This document shows, in pieces, positions 39,332-48,374 of a stretch of 64,000 nucleotides of DNA. How positions within the stretch are numbered: the first letter of the stretch is position 1; the number at the start of each line of letters is the position of its first letter. A program made the position numbers and the translations under genes. Origin of the DNA: a virus; IMG/VR virus record IMGVR_UViG_3300049783_001054, positions 12,287 to 76,286 of that record. One strand, given 5' to 3'. The notes below the pieces were generated by a model. The model was not told where the DNA came from and did no database searches. It worked only from the letters and a program-made list of their open reading frames with translations.

Positions 39332-39556
39332 TTAATCTTTCAGTTGAATTTCAATTTCTTGAAGATAATCATTTGGAGTTTCATATTCTTTATCTGACAT
39401 ATCAATATCAAATTCTTCTTCAATGATATCAATAATATCACTCCCATCTTCATCACTCATTTCATAAACAGATAGATTATCCTCATAATCTACAATTGAT
39501 ACTCCAAGGTAATCTTCAATAATTTCAGTAAGTCTTTGTTTATTAGATTCGTTCAT
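39332..39556 (-). CDS. Acyl-carrier-protein-like acidic protein without the DSL serine
   Basis: QRLTEIIEDYLGV...DIIDIIEEEFDIDMSD aligns by eye with ACP (ERVKKIIGEQLGV...ELVMALEEEFDTEIPD). Confidence 0.7.
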   Translation of the reverse strand: MNESNKQRLTEIIEDYLGVSIVDYEDNLSVYEMSDEDGSDIIDIIEEEFDIDMSDKEYETPNDYLQEIEIQLKD

Positions 39557-39600
39557 TGTATTTCCTGTTCGCTATGAAAAAAAAACCAAAGAAAAGAAAA

Positions 39601-39792
39601 CTACAGCAATACAATTTTATACCCTGAGTTTTGCTTACTTGCTTGTGTGAAGGCAGCTACAGCCATTTTTACATTTGGGTTATTAGAGGTACCAAGATAA
39701 ACATTACTTCCTCCATCCTCAAACTCATTACAGACATAAACAGTCTTTGTTGAATCATCACAAAAATAGTATCTATTGGTTTGAATATTCAT
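39601..39792 (-). CDS. Hypothetical protein
   Basis: 63 aa; GAGG RBS. Confidence 0.6.
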   Translation of the reverse strand: MNIQTNRYYFCDDSTKTVYVCNEFEDGGSNVYLGTSNNPNVKMAVAAFTQASKQNSGYKIVLL

Positions 39793-39808
39793 GAGAATTT
39801 CCTCTGTT

Positions 39809-39846
39809 AAAAAAATTAGCTCTCCTCAAATGAATGAGGAGAGCTT
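39809..39846 (-). terminator. Rho-independent terminator
   Basis: AGCTCTCCTCA/TGAGGAGAGCT stem with T-run. Confidence 0.75.
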
Positions 39847-39861
39847 TAATTAGTCAGGTAT

Positions 39862-40281
39862 TCAAAGCAATAAATGCTTTAGTGCTTTTTTTAGTCGAAC
39901 AATTTCAGCATCAGCTTTTTCAGCAATATCTTCTGCCTCTGATTTGGCACAAAAATATCCTGATTTGTATTCATTGTTTTCAAAGTCACACGAGTTCATT
40001 TCTCTTATTTGTTTTACATATGTTATCTGCTTTACCACACCTGACTCTTCTTGCTTGTTGTCAGGGTCAGGGGTGATGGTGATCAGGTCATTGGCGTGTG
40101 GGGAGGCGTTCCAAATATAATTCCCGGCACTGCCCCATCCGATTGAGGAACCATTGATCCAAGCGCAAATGCATTTATGTTTATCTTCATACATTGGCCC
40201 GACGCGCAGCCCATTCCTCAGCACGCCATACCCGCCCACTTTCGGGGCAACGGTCGGTGTGGTCATATCAATCTCGGTCAT
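39862..40281 (-). CDS. Hypothetical protein; N-terminal module paralogous to the upstream gene
   Basis: MTEIDMTTPTVAP..G.YG...R.G...GP...HANDLITITPDPD. Confidence 0.75.
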   Translation of the reverse strand: MTEIDMTTPTVAPKVGGYGVLRNGLRVGPMYEDKHKCICAWINGSSIGWGSAGNYIWNASPHANDLITITPDPDNKQEESGVVKQITYVKQIREMNSCDFENNEYKSGYFCAKSEAEDIAEKADAEIVRLKKALKHLLL

Positions 40282-40733
40282 TTGTTCTCTCCTGCCATGC
40301 GAAGGATTGCGCGGGCGATGGCGACGGCTGCGGCAGGGGATGCGTCAAGAACTTTGTGGTCGTCATCCTTGATTGTGAAGTCGCCATCGTCGCGCATGAT
40401 GACGTGGTATGTCGCGCGCGGCATACTTTCAGTCGCAAATCTTGTTACCCTGCATCGGGTCACGACGCTCAGAACAACAGCGCCCGCCTTTTGCGTGGCG
40501 TCAGGCTCCACGCTGTCAGGCGCGGGGATGATGGCGATCAGGTCGCAAGCGTGGGGAATGTCAGTCCAAGACCCGTTGCACATCCACGCTTTTCCGCATG
40601 GAACCTTGAAATATTCACCACCAGCGTGATGGCCGACAAACTCTAACGGGCCAAAAGTCTCCCCTCTGCGATCTTTTCCATATTCGCCCTCAACCGGGGC
40701 GACGGTCGGCGCGTTCCAATCAATCTCAGCCAT
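40278..40733 (-). CDS. Hypothetical protein, GC-rich
   Basis: MAEIDWNAPTVAP..G.YG...R.G...GP...HACDLIAIIPAPD; AAGGA RBS. Confidence 0.75.
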   Translation of the reverse strand: MAEIDWNAPTVAPVEGEYGKDRRGETFGPLEFVGHHAGGEYFKVPCGKAWMCNGSWTDIPHACDLIAIIPAPDSVEPDATQKAGAVVLSVVTRCRVTRFATESMPRATYHVIMRDDGDFTIKDDDHKVLDASPAAAVAIARAILRMAGENK

Positions 40734-40735
40734 GT

Positions 40736-41044
40736 TCAGTCCTTTTTGTTTGGTTTCCATGAACCATTTCTCCAATAATAGAGATGTTTTCCTTCAGATG
40801 TGTACACACCAGTTTTCTTATCAAAAGAAATTAAATTTCTTTCGCAGGCATGTTTAAGAGCTTTTCGCGCTATTACACGTCCTATTCGATGATCAACCTC
40901 CAATTGACAAGATATTTCTGTCTCTATGCAATAAGCATCACATCCAAATCCTTCCAAAGTAACTTCATAATGAATTATACACATAGCTAATTCATGGGAA
41001 ATTGTTTTTCCTTCAAAAGAAAACCGTGATGTTTCTAAAGGCAT
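40736..41044 (-). CDS. Hypothetical protein
   Basis: 102 aa ORF in operon context. Confidence 0.55.
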   Translation of the reverse strand: MPLETSRFSFEGKTISHELAMCIIHYEVTLEGFGCDAYCIETEISCQLEVDHRIGRVIARKALKHACERNLISFDKKTGVYTSEGKHLYYWRNGSWKPNKKD

Positions 41045-41053
41045 TGTTTATGT

Positions 41054-41260
41054 TTAAACCTCACGAGGAAGTTGAACACAGAAAGTAATTGCCTTAATAG
41101 GTTCACCTTCAACACGAGCGTTGATAGCTGCTGACTGGTCTTGGAGGAAAGCCTGACACTGACCGATAGTCTTGAAATGAGGGTGAGGTGTAGTAGCAGG
41201 AACAGAGGCACAGTAAGTATGTGCGATAGCAGAGCAGATAAACAGAAGAGGGACAAACAT
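41054..41260 (-). CDS. Small exported Cys-containing protein
   Basis: Hydrophobic N-terminus, four Cys; AAGGA RBS. Confidence 0.6.
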   Translation of the reverse strand: MFVPLLFICSAIAHTYCASVPATTPHPHFKTIGQCQAFLQDQSAAINARVEGEPIKAITFCVQLPREV

Positions 41261-41286
41261 GATTAGTTTCCTTTTAGGTTACTGAG

Positions 41287-42492
41287 TTAAGCCAACATGT
41301 AATTTGAATTCAAGATCAAGTCTCGATCAATTTTACCTGCTTTCTTAATCTTGATGTATTTACCTGCTATCATTGAAGCTAGTGATTGCAAGATAGTTGA
41401 GTCATTAATATCTGCCATGATTGTATTATATTGACGACGAAGATCATTCCCATAGTTAGGATGACTCCTAAAACAATCATGAACACTGACTAGATCAAAT
41501 GGTCTCATTGGAAGAGAATCTACAAGATCCCATAGATCACCAGCAGGACAATGACGAACTGATTCACAATCAATATAGTCAATAATCCTAGCTGAAAGAA
41601 AGCCAGTGTCTTTATAGTTTTTAACCAGTTGTTTAACCATTTTATCATTGCTTGACTCATAGGTTGCTGGTTCCATCATGTAATTACCACTCATAGCTTC
41701 AAGGCAGTATTCCATAACCTTAGAAACTTGAACGTAATTAAACATACAACGTCGGTACATTTCCCTGACAATCATACCATCAATTGAATGGATTAGATTT
41801 GGACCCAATCCTTTATGGAATTTAGGTCTAGAATTTACTTTCACAGGAAGATCATAGTTTTCTCCAAGGAAGGTAAAGGGTACCATTGTTTTATCTTGAG
41901 TTTCAATGCAGGCATGGAAGTTATCTGGCAATACCCAATTATAGGTGTCACCTACAACATCATCCCAAAGCTCTTGTAGACCAAGGTTTAGATCCCAAGC
42001 TCCGGGAGCCATAGCCATGATCGTAGCGTAGAACAATTCTAGGTTTTCTCCGAAGGTGTATTCAGGCATAGCAGTAGACCCGTAGAATGCGGTCATGATA
42101 GCTTGCTTGACTTGTTTACGGGTAAGGACTCCAAAGACTTTCATGGCGCTGTAGATAGCAGTGTATGAGTCTACACAGGTGTCATGGACTCCTCCACATA
42201 GATCATATGATTTTGGGCAACTTACAAGTAGGGATAGAATTTGAAGACCAGATGAGCTTGCATCCAGTGAGATCATAAAACCACTAGGTTGTTTATTAAT
42301 GATATCAGCATAAGCAAGAGTAGCTGCACGAAGTCCAATAGGATTGGAGGCTACTTTAAATAGTTTCTTGTCATCAAAATCTATTGATTTAAAATGAGCA
42401 ATGCGTTCATCCCAAGTTTTCTTCTCCATAGCTTTATCATGTTTACATGCGATATCAGCCATAACATACTCTACACCTGTAAGAGTTTGCAT
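41287..42492 (-). CDS. RNA polymerase II subunit 2 (N4 gp16-like)
   Basis: T7-type motifs LDASSSGLQ, R..VKQAIMTAFYGS, NLIHSIDG and VHDCF. Confidence 0.95.
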   Translation of the reverse strand: MQTLTGVEYVMADIACKHDKAMEKKTWDERIAHFKSIDFDDKKLFKVASNPIGLRAATLAYADIINKQPSGFMISLDASSSGLQILSLLVSCPKSYDLCGGVHDTCVDSYTAIYSAMKVFGVLTRKQVKQAIMTAFYGSTAMPEYTFGENLELFYATIMAMAPGAWDLNLGLQELWDDVVGDTYNWVLPDNFHACIETQDKTMVPFTFLGENYDLPVKVNSRPKFHKGLGPNLIHSIDGMIVREMYRRCMFNYVQVSKVMEYCLEAMSGNYMMEPATYESSNDKMVKQLVKNYKDTGFLSARIIDYIDCESVRHCPAGDLWDLVDSLPMRPFDLVSVHDCFRSHPNYGNDLRRQYNTIMADINDSTILQSLASMIAGKYIKIKKAGKIDRDLILNSNYMLA

Positions 42493-42512
42493 CTTGGTTC
42501 TCCTAAGCAGAT

Positions 42513-42794
42513 TTATACAGGAAAAATAACGAGCACTTTGGGGTTAGCTAAGAATTTTTTCCATTTATCTTCATCCATAGCTGCATCATCAGCACTCCAA
42601 CTATCAGTGTAGATTTCAGCATGAATCCCTTCATCTTCAATTAAAACACCATCAGCATTTGCACCTGAACACCAACGATACCCATTACCTTCACTGTCTG
42701 ATTGTAGGATTACTCGCATATCATCAGGTAGGTCTTTCAAAGCCAGTTTTAAATCTAACACGGTAATTCCTGTGGGCATGTATTTTCTCCTCAT
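42513..42794 (-). CDS. Hypothetical protein
   Basis: LKDLPDDMRVILQSDSEGNGY pattern common in phage small ORFs. Confidence 0.7.
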   Translation of the reverse strand: MRRKYMPTGITVLDLKLALKDLPDDMRVILQSDSEGNGYRWCSGANADGVLIEDEGIHAEIYTDSWSADDAAMDEDKWKKFLANPKVLVIFPV

Positions 42795-42800
42795 TATGTA

Positions 42801-43082
42801 TTACTCAGATGTGCGGATATGCTCTGCAATTTTACGTACAAGAATACCAGCCAATGGCCCATCGCCCCGAGGGTTGAGGTTAAATGCGAGCGCGCTGGCA
42901 GCGTTCTTGTTACGCTCTACCCAAGCGATTCGCTTAGTTGTCGCTATTGCCTCGGCAGCAGTATCTGCAAGAACCGCTCTTGCTTTTGCTCGCACATCTG
43001 GCCTAGTCGGTGCTTTAACCAATGCTTCCAAGGCATCTCTCAAGGCTGCATGTTCAGTTGTGATTTTTTCAGACCAAAACAT
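42801..43082 (-). CDS. Hypothetical protein
   Basis: 93 aa, Ala-rich; AGGA RBS. Confidence 0.6.
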   Translation of the reverse strand: MFWSEKITTEHAALRDALEALVKAPTRPDVRAKARAVLADTAAEAIATTKRIAWVERNKNAASALAFNLNPRGDGPLAGILVRKIAEHIRTSE

Positions 43083-43279
43083 AGTATATACATCCTGTGT
43101 TTAGATGTAGGGATCTTCTGCTACAAGTTGTTGATACTTTTCAACTGCATAGTTCACACGATTAAAAGCCCTCTTACTTTCCCACTCATACATTTCTTTA
43201 CCTTCTCCAAAGTAATTGAAGAAAGCTTGACCATACCTAAGAGATGGAAACTCTAGAAGGTATTTCTGGAAACCAGTCA

Positions 43280-43687
43280 TTAGATGTCCTTTTTAAAGGT
43301 GATGTTTTTGAGGGAGAGTTTATATTGATTAGCCATTTTGGTGGCGTAGCGTTGAAAGATAGGCCAAGGATCTGTACTACTTGACGAAACGTCATGGACA
43401 CTTTGCAAAGATGATAGAAATGTTACATCTATATCTAGGGCAAAACTCATGTTAAATGTGATGTTGTGTTTAAGCACTTCGTTTACACCTAGCCCTTCAA
43501 ACACTGGGTCATACTCTTTGTCAGGAATAAGCATTCCAATTGCGCAGCGAGTGTTGTTGGGACCACGATATAGGCACTGGCCTCCACGGTACAAATTGTC
43601 CCGTGGGGTTACAGAAAACGCTCCTTGTGCGATGATGCCATTGATGGCGAGGTCGAAGATATCTTGACGTGTAAGAAGCTTAGACAC
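43280..43687 (-). CDS. Hypothetical protein
   Basis: CLYRGPNNTRCAIG...LQSVHD pattern recurrent in phage early genes; exact start uncertain. Confidence 0.7.
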   Translation of the reverse strand: MSKLLTRQDIFDLAINGIIAQGAFSVTPRDNLYRGGQCLYRGPNNTRCAIGMLIPDKEYDPVFEGLGVNEVLKHNITFNMSFALDIDVTFLSSLQSVHDVSSSSTDPWPIFQRYATKMANQYKLSLKNITFKKDI

Positions 43688-43690
43688 TGT

Positions 43691-43930
43691 TCAAACTTTC
43701 TTTGAAGTACCGGGAATATAAGGTTCCCAGTGAGTTACGTAGATTGTTCCTGAAGTAGTACCATTATCAAGCAGAAAGGAAGGACCACTAATACCATGGT
43801 AACACTCTGCGTATGAGATTGCATTACTGTGTTTTACTTTCCGCACACTACGCTCACCATCGTAATGGATCAATGTAACCCATTGGGTTCCAAAGAGGTA
43901 ATTACGAATTCGTTTGATAAGATCACTCAT
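43691..43930 (-). CDS. Hypothetical protein
   Basis: Likely start MSDLIK, overlapping the upstream stop. Confidence 0.55.
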   Translation of the reverse strand: MSDLIKRIRNYLFGTQWVTLIHYDGERSVRKVKHSNAISYAECYHGISGPSFLLDNGTTSGTIYVTHWEPYIPGTSKKV

Positions 43931-44267
43931 CAGTAATAGCTCCAATATCTATCCACATTTTAACAATGTCTGCTTTAAGTGTATTTCTTGCATCTCTTTC
44001 TTCTTTAGCTCTACGAATTTCTAGTTCTTGGAACTTTTTATCTTCATAGTATTTAAGCCAAAGCTTTAACCAACTCAACATAATAGGATCATTGCTTCTT
44101 GCTTTTACTTTACCAAAACCATCATCAGGATATTCAGAATATGATCCAATAAACACATCATTGTATGTGAGTTCTTGTCGTTTACTGAGTCTACTATTAG
44201 GGTAATCAATAACTTTAATTTTAGTAATATCAATAGAGGTAGTCATGTCTTTAGTGATATTAGTCAT
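43923..44267 (-). CDS. Hypothetical protein
   Basis: Likely start MTNITK after AGGA. Confidence 0.6.
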   Translation of the reverse strand: MTNITKDMTTSIDITKIKVIDYPNSRLSKRQELTYNDVFIGSYSEYPDDGFGKVKARSNDPIMLSWLKLWLKYYEDKKFQELEIRRAKEERDARNTLKADIVKMWIDIGAITDE

Positions 44268-44286
44268 TTGATATTTCCTACTATGT

Positions 44287-44568
44287 TTAAGTATATGCGA
44301 TGTAGAAGGCTTCCATAGCATCCGCAACATCACAAATTTCATAGATACGTTTATGATACTCAGAGTCATCACTGTTTTTGAGTTTCTTTCGCATATCATT
44401 GACAGTTACTTTTCCACAGTAGTCACCAGATACTGGGATACCCAGCACATTAATGAATAGGTTGTGGAAGTTTTCATTAGTCATATTGATGGTAGATACA
44501 GAGTTCCAACCATCGACATGAGTTACTTCACCATCTTTAATGAAGGCAGGATAGAGATCAATACTCAC
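44287..44568 (-). CDS. Hypothetical protein
   Basis: 93 aa ORF in operon context. Confidence 0.6.
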   Translation of the reverse strand: MSIDLYPAFIKDGEVTHVDGWNSVSTINMTNENFHNLFINVLGIPVSGDYCGKVTVNDMRKKLKNSDDSEYHKRIYEICDVADAMEAFYIAYT

Positions 44569-44788
44569 AAAGATTTTCCTTAATAATAATAAAAGATTCG
44601 ATAGGTAGATTCATAATATAATTACCAATCCAACATAAACACACAAAAAGAGCACACAATAGAAACATAGGTATTACATGATAGAGTACAAAATAAAAAT
44701 TAGATTTTGGCGAAATAGGTTTATCAGGCCAATTCTTAAAAATGATTACAGGTTTTTGAGTTCTAAGTTTATCTCGTAAAAACTTCAT
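44558..44788 (-). CDS. Small membrane protein
   Basis: One hydrophobic segment. Confidence 0.55.
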   Translation of the reverse strand: MKFLRDKLRTQKPVIIFKNWPDKPISPKSNFYFVLYHVIPMFLLCALFVCLCWIGNYIMNLPIESFIIIKENLCEY

Positions 44789-45315
44789 TTGTTTTTCTTT
44801 CGTTTGGCTCGAAGCTTTGCTTTTTTAGCTTCAGAAGGTCCAGGTCCAAGTACTTTTTTAGAAGGAGGAATAGGCTGAACCCATTTACTCATAGAAGTAG
44901 GACCATTGATTTTATCGTCAGTTACCACACTTCTATCTTTTGTATATAGATACTCAGGACCATACAATGAATCCATGTAAAGTATAGGGGATTTTCTATC
45001 TTTAACATGATCCACTAGAACTTTTTGAAATTCTTTAAGATATGATGGATTTAAATAATCATAACGTCTTGAAATAGAACTACCATCTCTGTAAAAACCG
45101 TATATTCCCATAACAGCATCATATTCTGTAAATTGAGATATATCTATTTCTTTACACACAGTTCTTTTTGCAGAGATGTGCTCATGAACTTGACCACCTT
45201 TATACCTACCTGCTTTCATATCAGCTTTGATTTCTTCTGAGATAGTCTGAAGCTTTATAGCTTCTTCTTTTACATTAATCTCAGTACCATCATGAGATGC
45301 AAGAAAAGGATGCAC
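44785..45315 (-). CDS. Hypothetical protein with basic C-tail
   Basis: 176 aa ending KKAKLRAKRKKNK. Confidence 0.65.
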   Translation of the reverse strand: MHPFLASHDGTEINVKEEAIKLQTISEEIKADMKAGRYKGGQVHEHISAKRTVCKEIDISQFTEYDAVMGIYGFYRDGSSISRRYDYLNPSYLKEFQKVLVDHVKDRKSPILYMDSLYGPEYLYTKDRSVVTDDKINGPTSMSKWVQPIPPSKKVLGPGPSEAKKAKLRAKRKKNK

Positions 45316-45546
45316 GGTATTTATTCCTTGATTGGGTTTGAACTAACCAGAGTCAGACAACTAAGCCTTGCTTTAGTGTGTGCTGAGTTAGCTACCTGTT
45401 CTTTGATAGCTGCTCTATCAGTAGGATGTTTAATGCGAAAAGCTTTGGCATTCTCTGCATCAATAGCGAGTTTCCTGAGAGTCTTCATTTTCTCTTCAGG
45501 AGATAGATCAGAAAACTCAACTTCCTTTGGTTTAGTTTTATACACC

Positions 45547-45744
45547 TTACTTACTCCGTTTGAGGTAAGACCAAATCTTGGAGAATACTCCAATCTTTTT
45601 AACATGTAGATCGCAATGATTACTTTCAAGGTACTTTTTAAGGTACCACCGTTCAGTACTGCATTGATAACTGGTAGCTTCACATGTATGAAATCCATCC
45701 CATTCCCATTTACGGAATTTACAATCTGAACAAGAGTTAGCCAT
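45547..45744 (-). CDS. Small Cys-rich protein
   Basis: CSDC plus further Cys residues; GAGG RBS. Confidence 0.55.
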   Translation of the reverse strand: MANSCSDCKFRKWEWDGFHTCEATSYQCSTERWYLKKYLESNHCDLHVKKIGVFSKIWSYLKRSK

Positions 45745-45768
45745 AGTATATTACCTCGTATGTAAGGT

Positions 45769-45972
45769 TTAAGTTTTCTTGTTTTTAGAAGCTGAAGTTG
45801 GTGCATTCACCATGAATGGTTCAATAAGTTTGAGAAGTTCAGTAAACTTCTCAACATTACTAATACATAGATTAATTAGAGAAGGTGTCTTAGTACTAAA
45901 GACACTTTTTTGAGTATGCTCTTTAAATCCATGTTCTTCTTTGAGATCTTCAATATCTTTACCTGTGATCAT
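45769..45972 (-). CDS. Hypothetical protein
   Basis: 67 aa; GAGGA RBS. Confidence 0.55.
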   Translation of the reverse strand: MITGKDIEDLKEEHGFKEHTQKSVFSTKTPSLINLCISNVEKFTELLKLIEPFMVNAPTSASKNKKT

Positions 45973-45975
45973 TTC

Positions 45976-46482
45976 TTATTCCTCTTCGATTTTTGAATTG
46001 AGATAGGATTCTTTTTGAATTTCAGCAATTTCTTTTTGAGTATTTACATACATTTGATTGTAGTCATGACGAAAATAATCATCATAATCATAATCATAAT
46101 CAACATCATTGTCATTGTAGTAATAAGGATCATCAAGAAATTGATCATCTCTGTAAGATTCATAATCTTTCATGATTAGATATTCTTGGTAATTGTAATT
46201 ATCGTATGAGTCTACAAGATCATTAATACTCTGTTCAGAGCGTTCATGAGATTCATCAATATGCTGCTGATAGTGAAGATCAACCAATTTCTTGGTTTCA
46301 ATTTTTTGTTCTTGACGGAATTGTTTGGCAGATTTGCGTTTTACAAAGTTACGGCTATTTGATCCAAAGAAATACTCTTTATAACCATGAAGACTATCAT
46401 ACAGAGGAGATTTCTTTTCGTATCCTCCACGATGATCACGAGCATAGTGAGCGACTTTACTTCCATCAACCATGTAACGCAT
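45976..46482 (-). CDS. Hypothetical protein with Asp/Tyr-rich tail
   Basis: Basic N-half and DYDYDYDDY tract. Confidence 0.65.
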   Translation of the reverse strand: MRYMVDGSKVAHYARDHRGGYEKKSPLYDSLHGYKEYFFGSNSRNFVKRKSAKQFRQEQKIETKKLVDLHYQQHIDESHERSEQSINDLVDSYDNYNYQEYLIMKDYESYRDDQFLDDPYYYNDNDVDYDYDYDDYFRHDYNQMYVNTQKEIAEIQKESYLNSKIEEE

Positions 46483-46541
46483 ATTTTAGACTTTCTTTTT
46501 ATAGAGGATTAACGATGAGAAGGTTTACATTTAAAATTGTT

Positions 46542-47342
46542 TCATACAATCATTTCCTTTTTTGCGAATTCAAGGACTGCTTTGTTAAAGTCAGTGCCTT
46601 GAGTGTTTACATGATAACCGCTTGAGTAACACCTACCTCTACGATCATACCTATGTGTCAGGTAACACTCATCAGATAGCTGAGTAATATATCCCATCAC
46701 ATCTACGGTTGTTGTGTAGAACACATCTGATTGTTTTTGTCTCTTTCTAAAGTCAGTGAAATCTTCTCCTGATTTACGGGTAGGACGTAGATACATTCCT
46801 TGCTCTGAGTAGATAGTATCTTGAGACAAGCTCAAAGCAACAGAGTTAGCTCTATTTAGGTGATCTAAACATAGATCCACATCATTAAAATAGGCTGATC
46901 CATTCAAAATCACAGACCGACTAATTGTATTATAGCCTGAACCAAAGTTATCCAATACCTTGTTTGGTTTAACAACCATAGGCAAAGGATATTGGTATTT
47001 TGCCAACATCTCTTTGATATCATCACTGATATCATATTTTACAGTAAATTTACTGGAGGTCTCTTGGTAGTCAATATAGTCATGCTCACAGAGAATAAGC
47101 AGATTATCTGCCACTTCTTGTGGAGTCCCAAACTTAGGTGACAGGATACCAACCATAGTTATCACATCAGCTTGACGATGAAGATAGATTTGAACCAATA
47201 CTTCAGTTGTAAACTTTGGGTCTGCTACTTCACATTCATCTCCTACTTCACTGAATTGCTCTCTTAGTACAGGCATAAGCTGATGCTTAGAGAATAGCTC
47301 TTCCAACCCTGTCTGAGTCTCACTAGTAGGTGATTTTGTCAT
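46542..47342 (-). CDS. RNA polymerase II subunit 1 (N4 gp15-like)
   Basis: YQYPLPMVVKP and YLTHRYDRRGRCYSSGYHVNTQG motifs. Confidence 0.94.
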   Translation of the reverse strand: MTKSPTSETQTGLEELFSKHQLMPVLREQFSEVGDECEVADPKFTTEVLVQIYLHRQADVITMVGILSPKFGTPQEVADNLLILCEHDYIDYQETSSKFTVKYDISDDIKEMLAKYQYPLPMVVKPNKVLDNFGSGYNTISRSVILNGSAYFNDVDLCLDHLNRANSVALSLSQDTIYSEQGMYLRPTRKSGEDFTDFRKRQKQSDVFYTTTVDVMGYITQLSDECYLTHRYDRRGRCYSSGYHVNTQGTDFNKAVLEFAKKEMIV

Positions 47343-47764
47343 TGGTATGTCTTTCTCACTTCCATAAGCAACTTACCGAGCATGTTTTCACCACGTCCTC
47401 GACATACTCCCCAGAATGTATCATTCCATGTATTTCCTTCAATAAGTTTAGCATTACCAGTCTCAGCTAGTTTTTTAGCCAATTCTGGATTATTTCCAAA
47501 CTTAGATCGAAGACACAATTCCATGCATTCTACTTTTAGGATTCCATCATCCCATCCGGGTCTCAATGTAAGTCTACGCCCCATTCTTTTTGCAATAAGA
47601 GGTGTCACATTGCTAAATGTTTTTCGGGTTTCAATATCCAAAGTTTTACATGCCATATATGCAGCTTCACTTGATAGGAATGGAATTCCTAATACAGTCA
47701 AAGGTGCATAATCGAAGTTGCTAAGGAAACGGTGTTCTTTAGAGAAACTTGTAATTTCTAGCAT
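47339..47764 (-). CDS. NADAR (YbiA-like) protein
   Basis: FLSNF, SSEAAYMACK, LIEGNTWNDTFWG and GENMLGKLLMEVR motifs. Confidence 0.92.
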   Translation of the reverse strand: MLEITSFSKEHRFLSNFDYAPLTVLGIPFLSSEAAYMACKTLDIETRKTFSNVTPLIAKRMGRRLTLRPGWDDGILKVECMELCLRSKFGNNPELAKKLAETGNAKLIEGNTWNDTFWGVCRGRGENMLGKLLMEVRKTYQ

Positions 47765-47892
47765 TGTTTATTTCCACCATGTAAGTACAACAGGACCAAC
47801 AAAGATTTTTCCTTCCATAGTTTTACCACTTTGGAATTTGATTCTGTACCAACCAAAAGACCAGATTGTCCAGAAAACTCGGTATTTGAAGT

Positions 47893-48243
47893 TCATGATT
47901 TGGTTTGCTTTCTATTAACATATTCAGTTAGTACTTTAATGATGACATCCCCATGACATGGTTTTGGCCAACACCAGCAGATTAAATCAACTTGTTTTTC
48001 CAGTGATTTTTCATAAATAGAAACAAGTTCATCCCTTACTTTATGGTTTTTATTTAAGATTTGGTTTCTCAACCAAATTTCGTATAGTCTAATTGATTCT
48101 GAAACTGATTCTACTTTCTTACCTAAACCATAGGATTTACTCGTAAATTCATTTCCAAGACATGATGGTCTACCTATGTAATGTGGATTAACTCCTTTAT
48201 ATGTACGCTTATTTTTAACTGTAATATTTAGTATTTTATCCAT
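47893..48243 (-). CDS. DUF4326-family protein
   Basis: YIGRPS.LGN.F ... LICWCWPKPCHGDVI signature. Confidence 0.85.
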   Translation of the reverse strand: MDKILNITVKNKRTYKGVNPHYIGRPSCLGNEFTSKSYGLGKKVESVSESIRLYEIWLRNQILNKNHKVRDELVSIYEKSLEKQVDLICWCWPKPCHGDVIIKVLTEYVNRKQTKS

Positions 48244-48335
48244 ACTTAGGTTCCAGTTCATTTAGAGCGTAAAGTACCACAAAAGTTGAATCCCAGTTTC
48301 CCGTTGTTAACTTTGAAAGTTAAACACAAAAAACC

Positions 48336-48355
48336 GCAAAAACACCGCAGGTGTT
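48336..48355 (-). promoter_or_regulatory. vRNAP-type hairpin promoter
   Basis: Template (+) strand GC-AAA-AACACC-GCA-GGTGTT: A-run then stem with 3-nt loop, matching N4 early promoter architecture; upstream of the RNAP1 operon. Confidence 0.7.
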
Positions 48356-48374
48356 AAGGTGAAACTTTGTAAGT

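Noticed and set aside
40154-40646. Several overlapping + strand ORFs
   Set aside because: A by-product of local high GC; the minus-strand genes have RBSs and paralogy support.
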